64,000 nucleotides of DNA. Source: Lingula anatina. Lineage: Eukaryota; Animalia; Brachiopoda. Numbering within the stretch: position 1 is the first letter of the stretch; each line of letters begins with the position of its first letter. The notes under the pieces are model-generated. The model was given only the letters and a program-made list of their open reading frames with translations, was not told the DNA's origin and did not search any database. The stretch is from NCBI GenBank assembly GCA_051362555.1, contig CM120642.1:26970001-27034000 (forward strand). Direction: 5' to 3'. Both the position numbers and the translations under genes were made by a program. This document shows, in pieces, positions 62,101 through 64,000 of the stretch.

Positions 62101-63411
62101 GGCATTCCAACCAAGTTTACATTTTACTCTTAGGCAAGGTCAGCTTCTGAATGTACATGGTGAAAAGATATCAGAGGATGTATTCTACAAGACCTTGGTG
62201 GACACTGTGAGCAGCTGGCCCAATGTAAGCCTTGTGGACTACTGCTGTGCTGAGAGTATTATGGCCAGTGAGGCTGGTAAGGGGACAGAATTTCAATATT
62301 TCTCAAGGTCCATATCAGAAGTGCAACATTGCCAACTCCGTGTATCTAGAATTTTTTTTTTTTTCAGAATTATTTGTTGTTCTATTTTAAATAACATCTA
62401 TAACAATAGATAACATATTTGAAGCACATTTTAAGCACTTTGTTGTTGGCAATCATTGACTTGAAAACAATAATAATCTGATTAGCAGATAGCAAAAAAA
62501 AAAAAAATCTCCAAATATTTTAAGACATCAGTGAAAAGAGTTTCACTTAATTACAATACTGAGGCAAATTAATGAATATATTTTACTTATCACTATAACA
62601 AATGTTTTCATGGGATGTGATCCCAATAGAGAGTGATATTCCCTATGAACGGACCTGCACTAGAAAATTTAACAAATCTGATGACGTATGTTGTTTGTTC
62701 AATTGTAGACAGAAAAGGATCAACTCCGTACTATATGGTCTTCTTGGAGCTCTCAGAAGAGAAGGCAGGGACTCTTGGGACGAAGCAAATGTGCATGGTA
62801 TGTTTTAATGGAGTCATGTTCAGTAAAATGATAAATGACAATTTATTTTGAAGTGACAACTATTGGTTCTGCTTTAGTTACATGTGTTATTGACTCATTT
62901 TAACTTCACTTTGGGAATATTTAAGAAATTGGTTCAGATGTAAGTCAGTCGAGACTCAGAATTTATGCAGTGTTATTTACTCATTTAACATACTGTTTGG
63001 ATTTGCAAAAGAAAGATAAAACTTTTAATAACTTTTTATCTCACTCTTTGGTACTGTATTAATTTTCTATGAATATGATTTAAACTTAAAACAAATATCT
63101 GCATTATTATTATTTATTTATTTATTTATTTTTTTAATTTTATTTATTTATTATTTATTTATTTTTTGTTCTTTTAGTTGGACCAAAATTTGCAAGAATC
63201 TTCCTATCCATACAAGTCTTTTAGACAGAAGAGAGGCATTGGTCCCATGGTAATTTATGTAGTAAAGCCTGGAAGTTTTCAGGAGCTCCGGAAATTCATG
63301 TTGGAAAATACAACAGCGACAGCCAACCAATTTAAAGTACCACGAGTTTTGAAGCGAAAAGATGCCGTTTCTTTCATGATCGAAAGATCTCTTTGTTGTT
63401 ATAGAACTTAA
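59163..63411 (+). CDS. GHDC: GH3 domain-containing protein (GH3/ANL acyl-amido synthetase fold), 7 coding exons
   Basis: Exons 59163-59268, 59869-60954, ~61256-61379, ~61687-61814, ~62134-62276, ~62709-62797 and 63178-63411. Motifs TSGTSG, YAATEG, LWRYRFGDVV, R.GQLLNVHGEKISE and NQFKVPR. Confidence 0.93.
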
Positions 63412-64000
63412 CTGGAAATGTTAGTGTAATTGTGTTATATGTCTGTTTCAATGTGTTTTCAAGAAAATGTAGAAATAATTACTGTGCTAGAACTGCTTAT
63501 AATTGCAAAGGGTGTGCTATGACAATGCTATAGTGTTACATGGATTGTGACAATTCAAAATTAAATTTGTTCCTACCTGATATTTATTACTGACTTCATC
63601 AAACGCTTACCAAATACCTTTTTCATTGACTCGTGGTCATTTTACAATGACATTCACAGTGCTGGGTTTAACTTTTTTGAAAGATGCAATCTGCACTCCT
63701 TAGAAGAGTAAAAAATCACTGCTGCAGATTGAAATTGAAGTCCTTCACTGTTCCATGTGCATGTGGAAATTGAAATAAATAAATTATGGTTATGTCTAGT
63801 TTTGTGTAGTTTTTTTTTAATTATTTGAATGCATTTCAGAACCTACCCCCTTCCAGTTTAATAAAGAAAAGTAAGAAAGTGGTAGGGACTCGAACCATTC
63901 TGTGAAAAAGGTGGAGATGGAGGGGGGGGGAAGGGGGGGCATGGAAATTCACTTATTTACTGCACATCTATGTAACTGTGATGGCAGTAATTCAAGCAAA

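Noticed and set aside
63880-63896. tRNA B-box/T-loop-like GGTTCGAGTCCCTACCA on the minus strand
   Set aside because: No A box or cloverleaf; at most a SINE fragment.

Overview
Eukaryotic, AT-rich, intron-dense animal genomic DNA, probably a lophotrochozoan such as a mollusc (inferred from gene structure and repeat families; not proven). It is not prokaryotic, and I found no CRISPR, rRNA or intact tRNA. Gene order: the 5' exons of an unidentified minus-strand gene running off the left edge; an orphan two-exon basic gene (-); an intronless NAT8/Camello-like GNAT acetyltransferase (+); RAD50 (+, about 39 coding exons); cyclin A (+); ZFAND2B/AIRAPL (-) head-to-head with PPID/Cyp40 (+), start codons only 103 bp apart; and FPGT (-) head-to-head with GHDC (+). 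Many short non-autonomous DNA transposons (5-bp-TSD hAT-like, Harbinger-like, Kolobok-like, Helentron HINE-like) and microsatellites are interspersed. The most notable observations are: an inverted, decayed copy of one RAD50 exon 19 kb away inside another gene's intron; a compact ZFAND2B-PPID proteostasis gene pair with a perfect heat-shock element; tandem splice acceptors that could switch the ZFAND2B CaaX box on or off; a spliced uORF ahead of GHDC; and an unannotated 175-aa orphan gene. All exon models were read by eye from GT-AG signals and reading frame, without transcript data.
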